Shown here: positions 41,025 to 52,544 of the stretch, piece after piece
Position numbering within the stretch: the stretch's first letter is position 1
Layout of the letters: the number at the start of each line of letters is the position of its first letter
NCBI GenBank assembly: GCA_018266735.1
Contig: JAFDZT010000002.1
Location: 172,439 to 236,438 of the forward strand
Direction of reading: 5' to 3'
DNA length: 64,000 bases
Origin: Bacteroidota bacterium
GTDB taxonomy: Bacteria; Bacteroidota; Ignavibacteria; Kapaibacteriales; Kapaibacteriaceae
Program-made: the position numbers and the translations under genes
The notes under the pieces: model-generated
The model's input: the letters and a program-made list of their open reading frames with translations, nothing else
Told to the model about the DNA's origin: nothing
The model's database searches: none

Positions 41025-41641
41025 CGTTTCACAGGATCGGAGGTGGCAACGATGTCAACATCACGATGTGTTGCGATCACGCCGGAGCGGAGGGCAAAGG
41101 TTGGAATGAACATCTGCAGCTTGGCCTGATTTGCCACGAGGACAGAGTCACTCACTGTTGGCAGTGCAACGGTGTCGAGGAAGGAGCGCAGTTGACGTCG
41201 ATGCGCTGCGTCGACCTTCATCTCCGACCACTCTTCGTTCCCGATGCCGGCACGCAGTGCGCACAGTGTGATCGTACGGATCCAGGTATACTCGCTTGCC
41301 GATCGTACATGTCGATTGAATAACGTGGCGATGTGCTCTGCTGTTGGTCCATACCGTTGATCCACAGAGTCGAGTGCACGCAGCACATCCAGTTCGAACT
41401 GGATCTGCGCCATGGTCAACACAGAATCGCGGGGCGGTTCATACACCTTCCGATTGATGATCTGCGTGGTGATCGTTGTATCAGCAAGAGCGGATGCGCC
41501 TTCGAGCGACATCTGCGCCTCTTGCATACAGGCACGGAACTGCAGGAACAAGTAGGCTCCTGCAATGAACGTCATCGCAACAAAGATCCGGCGTCCGTAC
41601 TGCTTCGGCGCGTTAGGATGCTGACTCATGAACCGTTGCAC
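41021..41641 (-). CDS. Hypothetical membrane-anchored protein of about 200 aa located just downstream of ftsY. Start uncertain.
   Basis: N-terminal hydrophobic helix IFVAMTFIAGAYLFLQF. Same strand, and the start overlaps the ftsY 3' end. Confidence 0.45.
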   Translation of the reverse strand: MQRFMSQHPNAPKQYGRRIFVAMTFIAGAYLFLQFRACMQEAQMSLEGASALADTTITTQIINRKVYEPPRDSVLTMAQIQFELDVLRALDSVDQRYGPTAEHIATLFNRHVRSASEYTWIRTITLCALRAGIGNEEWSEMKVDAAHRRQLRSFLDTVALPTVSDSVLVANQAKLQMFIPTFALRSGVIATHRDVDIVATSDPVKR

Positions 41642-42593
41642 GTTCCTCGAAGAGTGCCTCTACGAACGTGGATGGTGAGAACACTTGCAGATCGTCGATC
41701 TTCTCGCCAACTCCGATGTAGCGTACCGGCATGCTCAGCGCATCGGCAATGGCAAGCACTGCGCCGCCCTTCGCCGTACCATCGAGCTTTGTCAGGATCA
41801 GTCCGGTGATCGGTGCCACCTTCGTGAACTCTCGTGCTTGTTGCAGAGCGTTCTGACCCGTGGTCGCATCGAGGACCAAGAAGATGTCGTTCGGTACATC
41901 GGCCTTGATCTTCTTCATCACGCGACCGATCTTTTCCAGCTCTTGCATCAGTCCTTGCTTGTTATGCAGACGTCCGGCTGTGTCGATGATCACCACATCC
42001 ACGCCTCTGCTAACGGCGGCCTTCAACGTATCGTAGGCCACAGCGGCGGGATCTGCTCCCTGTTGCTGCTGAATGATGTCGACGCCTGCTCGCGATGCCC
42101 ACACTTCCAATTGTTCATTGGCTGCGGCGCGGAAGGTGTCGGCTGCGCCGATCAGCACCTTTTTCCCTGCCGCCTTATAGTTATGCGCCAACTTTCCGAT
42201 AGTGGTGGTCTTGCCAACGCCGTTCACGCCGATTACCATGATCACGTGCGGCTTGTTCGCCGCATCGATCCCGAAGGTGGCATCGTTCGCTGCCGACGGA
42301 GATGTGGCGAGCAAGGCCTGGATCTCTTGCTTGAGGATCTCCGTGATCACGGATGCGTCTTCGAGCTTCTCATCGCGTACCCGCACCTTGAGCCGCTCGA
42401 TGAGCTTTTCCGACGTCGACACGCCAACATCGCTTGTGATCAGGATCTCTTCGATCTCGGCCAGCAATGCGGCGTCGATCTTTCGTCCGGCAAACAGCAC
42501 GGCGCGCAGCTTGCTCACGAACGTGTCGCGCGTTTTCGTCAATCCCTCCGACAATCGGTCGAAGGTTTTCTTGATCTTATCGAACAATCCCAT
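41613..42593 (-). CDS. ftsY: Signal recognition particle receptor FtsY.
   Basis: NG domain with GVNGVGKTTTIGKLA (G1), DTAGR (G3), TKLDGTAKGG (G4) and N-terminal MGLFDKIKK. Confidence 0.9.
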   Translation of the reverse strand: MGLFDKIKKTFDRLSEGLTKTRDTFVSKLRAVLFAGRKIDAALLAEIEEILITSDVGVSTSEKLIERLKVRVRDEKLEDASVITEILKQEIQALLATSPSAANDATFGIDAANKPHVIMVIGVNGVGKTTTIGKLAHNYKAAGKKVLIGAADTFRAAANEQLEVWASRAGVDIIQQQQGADPAAVAYDTLKAAVSRGVDVVIIDTAGRLHNKQGLMQELEKIGRVMKKIKADVPNDIFLVLDATTGQNALQQAREFTKVAPITGLILTKLDGTAKGGAVLAIADALSMPVRYIGVGEKIDDLQVFSPSTFVEALFEERATVHESAS

Positions 42594-43107
42594 AGAGTCT
42601 CTTTCCGTAAGACCACAAAGATACGACCATCAGCATGCTGCTGAGGACGATCAGCCAGAAGACGGCCGGTCCGGTGGTGACCATGGCCACGACGCCTGTG
42701 AGGGCAATGGCGGAAACGGCGAACTTTCCGGACCACAGCGACGGGAGGATCTCGGTTTGATACCGTCGGGCCCAGATCCCTCCGAGCACGATGATCACAT
42801 CGCGCGCCACCACGCAGGCCACGAACCACAGCGGAAGTCGGTCCTGCCACAGAAGCACGACGACCACGGCTCCGACGAGGATCTTATCGGCCATGGGATC
42901 CAGCACCTTGCCCCATTCGCTTACAGTATTGGTCTTGCGCGCGATCCAACCATCCAGCCAATCCGTGCCGGATGCAGCAAAGCAGAGCATCATGGCCACG
43001 ATGGGCTGGTCGTGCAGTAGAAACCACACCACGGGAACCGTGAGGACAGCACGCACAAGACTGACGATGTTCGATGCCGTCCAGAATCGATGATTGAGTG
43101 GTGTCAT
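42577..43107 (-). CDS. pgsA: CDP-diacylglycerol--glycerol-3-phosphate 3-phosphatidyltransferase (CDP-alcohol phosphatidyltransferase family), 176 aa. Start MTPLNHRFWTASNIVSL.
   Basis: CDP-OH transferase motif D-G-x-x-A-R-(x8)-G-x-x-x-D-x-x-x-D (DWLDGWIARKTNTVSEWGKVLDPMADK). The track ORF carries a spurious N-terminal extension to 43389. Confidence 0.75.
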   Translation of the reverse strand: MTPLNHRFWTASNIVSLVRAVLTVPVVWFLLHDQPIVAMMLCFAASGTDWLDGWIARKTNTVSEWGKVLDPMADKILVGAVVVVLLWQDRLPLWFVACVVARDVIIVLGGIWARRYQTEILPSLWSGKFAVSAIALTGVVAMVTTGPAVFWLIVLSSMLMVVSLWSYGKRLYGIVR

Positions 43108-44483
43108 GCGTTGCGGTTGGTAAAGAGAAGAAGGGCGACAGCGGTGGCACTGACGCCAAGTCCGCCCCAGAGCGGGAGCGATGCGTCCCACTGCGATGCG
43201 ACCGACAGCACGTGCATGAGGACCATGATGCTCACAGAAATGCCGAGTGGGACAAGCATGAGCGGAACGATGGCCGTGCGCACGCGTGGTGCGTATCGAG
43301 TATACGAAAGGATCATGGGAAGCAGCAAGGGCGGCAAGGCCAGCGAGGCCGTATTGAACAAGAGATCGACCACGGATGGAACAAGCCATGCGGCCAGACA
43401 GCTGAGCACGGTCGACACAAGAAGGCCATGACGGATGGAATGAACGGATGGTGTTCGCCGCATGGGATCGATGATGGACCGACCAATGATCGTAGCACTG
43501 ACAAGTGCATATCCGTCAAGCGTTGACATCACGGCGGCGATGACGCCGGCAGCAAAGAGTCCCTTCCAGGCAACGGGTAACACGGTCGCGGACAAGGCGA
43601 TGTACGTGTCGACGGCGCTTCCAACCGGCGTGTAGGCAACGGCATAGAGTCCGGTACTGATCGTCAGCAGGTCGAAGATCATCCACCCTGCCACGCTCAT
43701 GAGCATTCCCTTTCGTGCGATGGACGGTGTGGCCGCGGCCGCTGACCGGAGGTGGAAGTTCGGATCGATGAACGTTTGCAACGCTACCACCCACCATCCA
43801 AGAATGAACATCCACGACGCATTGCCGGGAATGGTCCGATGCGAAGGCGGGATCACGGTGAGCATCGTGTCTACACTGCCGAACATCTTCATCGCGAACA
43901 CCAACAGCACAATGAACCCCGCATACATGAGCACGGTCTGCACCACGTTTGCATACACGTCGCTGCGCAGTCCGCCCTTATACACATAGGCCATCGATAC
44001 AACGGCGCTCACAATGAGCGACGGGAGGAAGTCCCATCCGCTGATGCTTTGCACGAACGAGGCGATCATGAGCATGTAGGCGGCCGGCACGGTGATGGCG
44101 AGCATCACCACCGAGGCGATCGACGATGCCTTGCCGCCATACACTCCCTTGAATTGTTCCGGGATGGAGATGGATCGTGATCGGCGGATGGTACCGCTCA
44201 GCGTAAGGGCATAGATGATGGCGGCGATGTAGTATGGCACGCCAAAGCACAAGATGGTGGCGACGCCATAGCGTTGCACGAACTCACCAACGCCAAGGAT
44301 GGCACCGTACCACGTTGCGATGAGGGTACAGATGAAGAGCGGCAAGGTGAGTGTTCTGCCGGCGAGCACGTAGTCCGTCTCGCTGCGCACGGCACGTCGT
44401 GCACCCCACCAGCCGGCTCCGGCCACGAGCAGGAGCGAGACCAAGATCACGGCAACATCCCAAGCATGAAGGTGGAGTTGCAC
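43104..44483 (-). CDS. Sodium:solute symporter (SSS) family transporter of 459 aa.
   Basis: 13-TM profile. SSS-family N-terminal context (DYVLAGRTLTLPLFICTLIATWYGAILGVGEF). Confidence 0.75.
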   Translation of the reverse strand: MQLHLHAWDVAVILVSLLLVAGAGWWGARRAVRSETDYVLAGRTLTLPLFICTLIATWYGAILGVGEFVQRYGVATILCFGVPYYIAAIIYALTLSGTIRRSRSISIPEQFKGVYGGKASSIASVVMLAITVPAAYMLMIASFVQSISGWDFLPSLIVSAVVSMAYVYKGGLRSDVYANVVQTVLMYAGFIVLLVFAMKMFGSVDTMLTVIPPSHRTIPGNASWMFILGWWVVALQTFIDPNFHLRSAAAATPSIARKGMLMSVAGWMIFDLLTISTGLYAVAYTPVGSAVDTYIALSATVLPVAWKGLFAAGVIAAVMSTLDGYALVSATIIGRSIIDPMRRTPSVHSIRHGLLVSTVLSCLAAWLVPSVVDLLFNTASLALPPLLLPMILSYTRYAPRVRTAIVPLMLVPLGISVSIMVLMHVLSVASQWDASLPLWGGLGVSATAVALLLFTNRNA

Positions 44484-44484
44484 G

Positions 44485-45096
44485 TTAGATCTTTCGCAAG
44501 AACGACGGTCGATGAAGGGCGCAGGGCCCGTGCTCGCGGATCATGGCTCGGTGCCGGAGCGTTCCATAGCCTTTGTGCTGTTCGAAACCATACACCGGGA
44601 ACGTGCGCGCAAGGTCGTGCATCAATCGGTCCCGATGGACCTTTGCAAGGATCGATGCGGCGGCAATGCTCACGCTCAGGCCATCGCCGGATACGATCGT
44701 GGTATGTGGCAGACGATGAGGGCGGAATCGATTCCCGTCGATGAAAAGGTGGAAGGGCTCCATGGCAAGCCCGTCGATGGCCCCATGCATTGCATCGAAC
44801 GTGGCCTGCAGGATGTTCACGGCCTCGATGCGCTCCACGTCGACGATGCAGACGTGCCAAGCCAAGGCCTGACGTTCGATCTCGGGCGCGAGGCGTTCGC
44901 GCGTCGTGGCAGATAGGACCTTTGAATCGGCAAGGCCTGGCGGAATGGCGGCGGGATCGAGGATCACCGCTGCTGCGACCACAGGCCCGGCGAGAGCACC
45001 ACGACCGGCCTCGTCGACACCGGCAACGACGCGGCTCTCCGTCCAGTACGGTCGTTCGTATCGATCTGAAGGAAGGGGGGTGGCCACAAGGGCCAA
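44485..45096 (-). CDS. rnhB: Ribonuclease HII.
   Basis: AGVDEAGRGALAGPVVAAAVIL (DEAGRG active-site motif) and RNase HII length. Confidence 0.9.
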   Translation of the reverse strand: MALVATPLPSDRYERPYWTESRVVAGVDEAGRGALAGPVVAAAVILDPAAIPPGLADSKVLSATTRERLAPEIERQALAWHVCIVDVERIEAVNILQATFDAMHGAIDGLAMEPFHLFIDGNRFRPHRLPHTTIVSGDGLSVSIAAASILAKVHRDRLMHDLARTFPVYGFEQHKGYGTLRHRAMIREHGPCALHRPSFLRKI

Positions 45097-45098
45097 AC

Positions 45099-45827
45099 TT
45101 ACGACCGTTCCGTGATGAGCTTCAAGAATTCATTCCGCAAGGCCTGATTCGTGGCCAATTCGCCACGCATCACACTCGTGACCATCTCTGCCTGTTCGTT
45201 GGCCTCGACACCTCGCGCGATCATGCAGTAGTGCTTGCTCTTGATCACCACGCCCACAGCCAGAGGATCCAGCAGTTCCGTCAAATAGTCGGCGATCTGC
45301 TCCCCGAGTTCTTCCTGGATCTGTCCGCGACGTGAGAACCATTCCACCACTCTCGTGAGCTTCGAAAGGCCGATGACCTTGTCGTTGGGAACATAGCCAA
45401 TGGCACAGTCGCCACTGATGGCCTGCCAATGGTGCGAGCACACGCTCATCACCTTGATCCCCTTGCTGATCACCAACTCGTCCACCTCTTTGCGGTTCGG
45501 GAACACCGTGATGCGTGGGGCTTCAGAGAAGCGTCCGTCGAAGAGCTCGTTCACCCACATCTTCGCAAGGCGGAACGGTGTGTCGGTCGAATTGGGATCG
45601 TTCCGATCGATGCGAAGGATGTCGAAGATCTCCGAGAACTTCTTCTCCAGTTGCTCAACCATACGTTCCCGTTCTTCGGTCGGGATCTGGCGATTGCCGT
45701 TCGCGTCGAAAAGCTCATGTCCTTCGGCATTCGTTTTCGGATACAGGAGTCCCTGACGGAGAAGATTGTGTCGAAGCTCTTCATCATCGAGATCCAGTAA
45801 CATTGGTTTACTGCGATCTGATCTCAT
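45099..45827 (-). CDS. folE: GTP cyclohydrolase I (FolE type I). The start may be the internal M9.
   Basis: Conserved IVSKGIKVMSVCSHHWQAISGDCAIGYVPND... and the zinc-binding Cys/His context. Confidence 0.9.
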   Translation of the reverse strand: MRSDRSKPMLLDLDDEELRHNLLRQGLLYPKTNAEGHELFDANGNRQIPTEERERMVEQLEKKFSEIFDILRIDRNDPNSTDTPFRLAKMWVNELFDGRFSEAPRITVFPNRKEVDELVISKGIKVMSVCSHHWQAISGDCAIGYVPNDKVIGLSKLTRVVEWFSRRGQIQEELGEQIADYLTELLDPLAVGVVIKSKHYCMIARGVEANEQAEMVTSVMRGELATNQALRNEFLKLITERS

Positions 45828-46288
45828 ACCACTACCCTTTCGTGATGTTCGGCCACCGCTGCATAGCGCGGGATCGAAACGGGTTCGCCATAATATTCAC
45901 AGAAGTTCTGATCCGACTCGAACAACTTGATCGCATGGAGTTTCCCGCTCGGCAATCGGTGTTCAAGCTGTTGCCAGAAGAGAACGGCAAGATTCTCGAC
46001 CGTCGGGATCACGCCACGCAGGAAGTCGACGTCGAAATTGAGGTGCTTGTGGTCCACTTTGTCGATCACCACCTCGTCCAACAGGTCACGTAGCTTTCTC
46101 AGGTCGATCACATACCCCGTGGCCGGGTCGGGAAGACCCTTCACCGTTACTTCGAGCACGTAGTTATGTCCGTGCCCGAAATAATTGTTGCATTTGTCGA
46201 ACGTCGCCTCGTTCTGCTCGTTCGAGAACGTGGGATTGAACAGGCGGTGAGAAGCAGAGAAATGTGCTTTTCGCGTGACATAGACCAT
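45824..46288 (-). CDS. queD: 6-carboxy-5,6,7,8-tetrahydropterin synthase / 6-pyruvoyl-tetrahydropterin synthase family (QueD/PTPS).
   Basis: AHFSASHRL...GHGHNY motif context (CxxxHGH) typical of PTPS/QueD. ATGA overlap with folE. Confidence 0.75.
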   Translation of the reverse strand: MVYVTRKAHFSASHRLFNPTFSNEQNEATFDKCNNYFGHGHNYVLEVTVKGLPDPATGYVIDLRKLRDLLDEVVIDKVDHKHLNFDVDFLRGVIPTVENLAVLFWQQLEHRLPSGKLHAIKLFESDQNFCEYYGEPVSIPRYAAVAEHHERVVV

Positions 46289-46411
46289 GAGAGCTTCTCC
46301 GGTTGAAAGTCGAGACAATCGTCAGAACCTGTGGTCAAACACCAAAGGTTCCCCATGACGAAGCTACGGGAACAAAGTTTTTCATGCACCACATCAAATT
46401 AGGAGCGAATT

Positions 46412-47149
46412 TTGCAGGTAATGAGAATGTTCTGGCCGTTTGTACTTGCCCTGTGCGTGACCACCCTCTCTGCACGCTCGGTGGATTCCCTTCTGCAGGA
46501 CCTTGGAAAGGGCATGGAGTCCATCCACTGCGAGGGCACGGTTAGTGCCATGGGTGAACAGAACATTCAGGGTGTTCCATTCTCTGCCGTTATCGCCAAC
46601 CGCGACTCCTTCAATATCACGATGAACGGTCCGTTCGGCATCACGGCGGCAAAGCTCTATGCAACGCGCGACTCGTTCGTGTTCGTGAACTATCTCATGC
46701 AGCAGGTGTTCGACGGAAGGAACGATGCTCCGACCGTTGCCACGGCAATGCCATTCGGGATCACGATCACCGACCTGTTCGCCCTCTTCAAAGGTCAAGT
46801 ACCCGGTGATGTGTCGCGCTTCAGTGTGCACAGCGTTCGCAACGACAGTACCGTACTCTATGTGAGCAAGCACGATGGGCTGACGGAATTCGTGCTCGTC
46901 GATACCGTGCGCACGACACTACGGCAGTATCAGAGCAAGGATGAGCATGGTGTGCTCAAGGTGAATGTCACGTATGCGGACTTCCATATGGTCGATGATC
47001 ATCCCTTCTCATATGCTGTTGACGTGGCCGTTGACGACAAACGGCAGACGATGGCCTTCCGTATGACATCGGCCCATGTGAATCATCCGATCACCGAGCC
47101 GCTCGCTATCGGCATCCCCTCCTCCTTCAAACGGACCTCGTTCCGGTGA
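46412..47149 (+). CDS. DUF4292-like (LolB/LptE-like fold) periplasmic or outer-membrane lipoprotein-sorting-type protein of 245 aa.
   Basis: Signal peptide. Position immediately upstream of, and overlapping, the LptD-like gene. Family from memory. Confidence 0.5.
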   Translation: MQVMRMFWPFVLALCVTTLSARSVDSLLQDLGKGMESIHCEGTVSAMGEQNIQGVPFSAVIANRDSFNITMNGPFGITAAKLYATRDSFVFVNYLMQQVFDGRNDAPTVATAMPFGITITDLFALFKGQVPGDVSRFSVHSVRNDSTVLYVSKHDGLTEFVLVDTVRTTLRQYQSKDEHGVLKVNVTYADFHMVDDHPFSYAVDVAVDDKRQTMAFRMTSAHVNHPITEPLAIGIPSSFKRTSFR

Positions 47150-49671
47150 GATGCGCACTGTTGGTCGCGATCATGGCATACGTCCTGTTGGGGACGGTCG
47201 CCGCGCATGCACAACAGGTTGATACCGTCCGCACCGGCGGGTCTGATACCGTGATCGTGTTCACGGCCCGCGACTCCGTCCACTTTGACGTCACCAAACG
47301 CTCCATGCGCCTACGCGGAAAGGCAGACGTCGTCAATCGAACCCAAACGTTGAAGGCAGAGGTCATCGAGATCCTCTTCGACGAGTCGTTGCTGAAAGCA
47401 AACGGTGTGACCGATTCGAACGGCGTCACCACCGGTACGCCGATCTTCAAGGACAACGGCGAAGAGTATGCCGGTGAATCCATCCTGTTCAACCTGAACA
47501 CGCGCAAAGGCAAGGTGACCATGGGTGAGACCGCCATTCAGGGCGGGTTCTATTACGGCTCGGCCATCAAGCGCGTTGATGAGAACACCGTCTACGTCGA
47601 GAACGGCTGCTTCACCACATGTTCTGCCCCGCATCCGCACTTCTATTTTTCATCGCCCCAGATGAAGGCCGTCTTGAACGACAAGGTCTACCTCGACCCG
47701 ATCGTGTTCTACGTCGAGGACATCCCGGTGTTCGCCCTTCCCATCGGGATGTACTTCAGCACGCAGCGCGGACGTCAGAGCGGATTCGTACTACCTGTTC
47801 CGGTGCTCAGCAGTAGTCGCGGACTTACGTTGCAGAAGATCGGCTACTACTGGGCCGTCAGCGATTACTTCGACACCGAGTTCCTCGCAGACCTGAGCTC
47901 GAAGGGGGGCATCGTTCTGTACAACAACAGTCGATACTCCATACGGGACGTGATGGACGGACATTTCGAACTCAAGGGCGGTATGACGCGAGACGATCCC
48001 GATGCCGGGTTTACGCGAGACTATCAGGTGCAGTGGACGCACAATCAATCGTTGCGACCGAAAGAGTTCTTCGTTGCATCGCTGAATTTCCAGTCTACCT
48101 CGTTCTATCAGAACACCTCGATCAACGTGAGCGATCGCCTCCGTCAGAATGCGCGCACGAACGTCTCGTATCAGCGCACATTCTGGAACGGACATACGTT
48201 CAACGCCGGGTACAATCGCGATCAGAATCTCTCCACCAACTCCATCACGCAAAGTCCGGTGGTCTCCTATGCCATCCCGAACTTCGCTCCCCTTCGCGGC
48301 CTGATCGATCCGACGCATTGGCTCAGCGACCTCGCGGTGAGTTTTCGCGCGAACGGCCGCTATACGACGAGTTCCACCCGTGCCACGGTGAACGACACCT
48401 TTCAGTTCTCCGAAAATGGTGGTGTTGAGTTACGACCATCGATCACGGTAACGCCGAGGCTCGGCTTCGTTACGCTGCAGCCAACCGTTTCGTATTCCGA
48501 GAACTGGTACTTCCAGCGCTACACACAGTCGGTGAACGCAGCGGACAGTACCATCGTCACGCAACGCGAGAAAGGCTTCTTCCGCGAATACACCTATTCC
48601 GTTGGTGTGAGTGCAAGTACGTTCCTGTATGCAACGGGTCATCCCCGACTCTTCGGGATCGAGGCCTTCCGTCACACCCTGCAACCCTCGATCGGCCTAA
48701 CCTTCGTTCCGGATCAGTCTGGCACGAGCGACGGATTCTACGGTCGGTACATCTCGCCGATCACCAACAAGGAAGTGATCTACAGCTACTACGCCAACAA
48801 TGCCCTCTCATCCATCGCCTCGTCACGACGTCAGCTCAATCTCTCGATGAATCTCTTGAACCGATTCGAAGTGAAGGGGGCAGGCACAGACTCCACACCG
48901 GCGAAGCGCCTCGAAGTGCTCACGTTCTCTGCCAGTGGATCCTACAACATGGTCGCAGACTCCATGCGCATGAGCGACATCTTTCTCAATGTTCGAACTC
49001 CGGTGCTAGACATCGTTGCCTTTTCGTCGAACTTTTCCTTCAGTATCTACGATCAGGCCCAAGTGGCAAATGCGGCAACGGGCAAGACCGAATGGCGAGA
49101 TATTGGTCAGACCCTGCTGTCGAACGGCCAAGGACTTGCACGACTGAAGACCGTGAGTTTTCAATTGGGTACGCGATTCTCTTCATCAGGCGTCTCGTTC
49201 GGTCAACGCACGACAGCCACGGACACGACGAAGAAAGACTCCGCACACAACGACCTTGGTGCGCGCTTTGAACGTCGACTCAACTACGTCGAACAAGAAC
49301 TCGACATCTATGCGGATCGGACGCCCGGCTATTCGCCCGTGATCATTCCATGGGATGCCGATGTGAATCTCAGTTACAACCTTTCTCGCGTCAATCCCGA
49401 CTACACGTTGCAATCCCTCTTGATCTCGATGAGCGCCAATATCAGCCTTACTCAAACGTTGAGGCTGTCCGGCCGTGCCTCGATCGACCTAATCACGGGA
49501 ACCGTGAACACACCGGTGATCGACATCTCCAAAAAACTGGATTGTTGGAATCTCTCCCTCAACTGGGTGCCCACGGGTGCGAATCGCGGTTTCTTCCTTC
49601 GGTTCGCCGCCGACGGCGACATGTTGCGAGACCTCCAGATCACAAAACAGAATGTTCCGATCTATCGATGA
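47146..49671 (+). CDS. lptD: LptD-like (OstA family) outer-membrane LPS-assembly protein of 841 aa.
   Basis: Signal peptide. N-terminal OstA-like beta-jellyroll (VIVFTARDSVHFDVTKRSMRLRGKADVVNRTQTLKAEVIEILFDE), then a long beta-barrel-like region rich in alternating aromatic residues. Terminal …NVPIYR. Confidence 0.6.
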   Translation: MRCALLVAIMAYVLLGTVAAHAQQVDTVRTGGSDTVIVFTARDSVHFDVTKRSMRLRGKADVVNRTQTLKAEVIEILFDESLLKANGVTDSNGVTTGTPIFKDNGEEYAGESILFNLNTRKGKVTMGETAIQGGFYYGSAIKRVDENTVYVENGCFTTCSAPHPHFYFSSPQMKAVLNDKVYLDPIVFYVEDIPVFALPIGMYFSTQRGRQSGFVLPVPVLSSSRGLTLQKIGYYWAVSDYFDTEFLADLSSKGGIVLYNNSRYSIRDVMDGHFELKGGMTRDDPDAGFTRDYQVQWTHNQSLRPKEFFVASLNFQSTSFYQNTSINVSDRLRQNARTNVSYQRTFWNGHTFNAGYNRDQNLSTNSITQSPVVSYAIPNFAPLRGLIDPTHWLSDLAVSFRANGRYTTSSTRATVNDTFQFSENGGVELRPSITVTPRLGFVTLQPTVSYSENWYFQRYTQSVNAADSTIVTQREKGFFREYTYSVGVSASTFLYATGHPRLFGIEAFRHTLQPSIGLTFVPDQSGTSDGFYGRYISPITNKEVIYSYYANNALSSIASSRRQLNLSMNLLNRFEVKGAGTDSTPAKRLEVLTFSASGSYNMVADSMRMSDIFLNVRTPVLDIVAFSSNFSFSIYDQAQVANAATGKTEWRDIGQTLLSNGQGLARLKTVSFQLGTRFSSSGVSFGQRTTATDTTKKDSAHNDLGARFERRLNYVEQELDIYADRTPGYSPVIIPWDADVNLSYNLSRVNPDYTLQSLLISMSANISLTQTLRLSGRASIDLITGTVNTPVIDISKKLDCWNLSLNWVPTGANRGFFLRFAADGDMLRDLQITKQNVPIYR

Positions 49672-49710
49672 CCGGGACTCTCCATCACCCTTTATCGTAG
49701 ATTTGCCCCT

Positions 49711-51546
<1,836 letters not shown>

Positions 51547-51551
51547 GCGAC

Positions 51552-52544
51552 ATGGACCCTGCCGCTGCGAGTTCGTTGGCCACTGCCATCAGGTCGGGAG
51601 ACCGCCGCGCACTTGCGCGGGGACTTTCAATTGTGGAGAGCAGCACGGCGGCAGATCGCACCCTGGCCCATGCATTGTTGGCCGAGCTTCAGTCACCAAC
51701 TCCGACCACGACACGACGCATCGGCATCACGGGCTCTCCCGGCGTTGGAAAGAGCACGTTCATCGAAACGTTCGGTTTGCAACAGATCGCTGCCGGACAT
51801 CGTGTGGCCGTGCTCGCCGTCGACCCAACAAGTAAGCGCTCTGGCGGTAGCATCTTGGGCGACAAAGTGCGCATGCAGCACCTTTCCGTGCACGACAATG
51901 CCTTCGTCCGTCCATCCCCCTCCCGTCTCGCCCTTGGCGGGGCCACGGCCACCACACGCGAATCCATCCTGCTCTGTGAAGCAGCGGGATACGATACCAT
52001 CATTGTCGAGACCGTGGGTGTCGGTCAGAGTGAGATCGATGTAGCGGACATGGTGGACATGTTCCTTCTGCTGGTCCTCCCCACTGCCGGCGACGACGTG
52101 CAAGCGATCAAGCGTGGTGTGATGGAAGTGGCCGATGCCGTCATCGTCACCAAGGCAGACATCGATACCGAAGCCACGAGTCGCGCCACAGCGCAATACA
52201 CATCGGCACTGCGGCTAATGCTGCCATCGCAAGCACAATGGCGGACCACGGTCTGTGCCGTAAGTGCCGTTCAAGATCGAGGCATGGACGATGTGGCCGA
52301 GATCGTCGATCGATTCTTCCATCCGTCGCGCTCCACCACCTGCGAACAACGTCGCACAGCACAGCGTGTCACGTGGTTCGATCACGCATTGCGCGACCGA
52401 CTCGTGGACCTCGTGATCGCCGACCCATCGTCGCGCGAGCGCATTGCCAATGCGCGTGCTCGTGTAGAACATGAGCAGGTCATTCCCTCTGTTGCCATTG
52501 ATGCCATTTTTTCAACTGTTCTGTTCACCATCAACCACACATGA
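51552..52544 (+). CDS. meaB: Methylmalonyl-CoA-mutase-associated GTPase MeaB (ArgK).
   Basis: P-loop GSPGVGKST, DPTS..GGSILGDK, and VETVGVGQSE motifs of the G3E family. Confidence 0.85.
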   Translation: MDPAAASSLATAIRSGDRRALARGLSIVESSTAADRTLAHALLAELQSPTPTTTRRIGITGSPGVGKSTFIETFGLQQIAAGHRVAVLAVDPTSKRSGGSILGDKVRMQHLSVHDNAFVRPSPSRLALGGATATTRESILLCEAAGYDTIIVETVGVGQSEIDVADMVDMFLLLVLPTAGDDVQAIKRGVMEVADAVIVTKADIDTEATSRATAQYTSALRLMLPSQAQWRTTVCAVSAVQDRGMDDVAEIVDRFFHPSRSTTCEQRRTAQRVTWFDHALRDRLVDLVIADPSSRERIANARARVEHEQVIPSVAIDAIFSTVLFTINHT

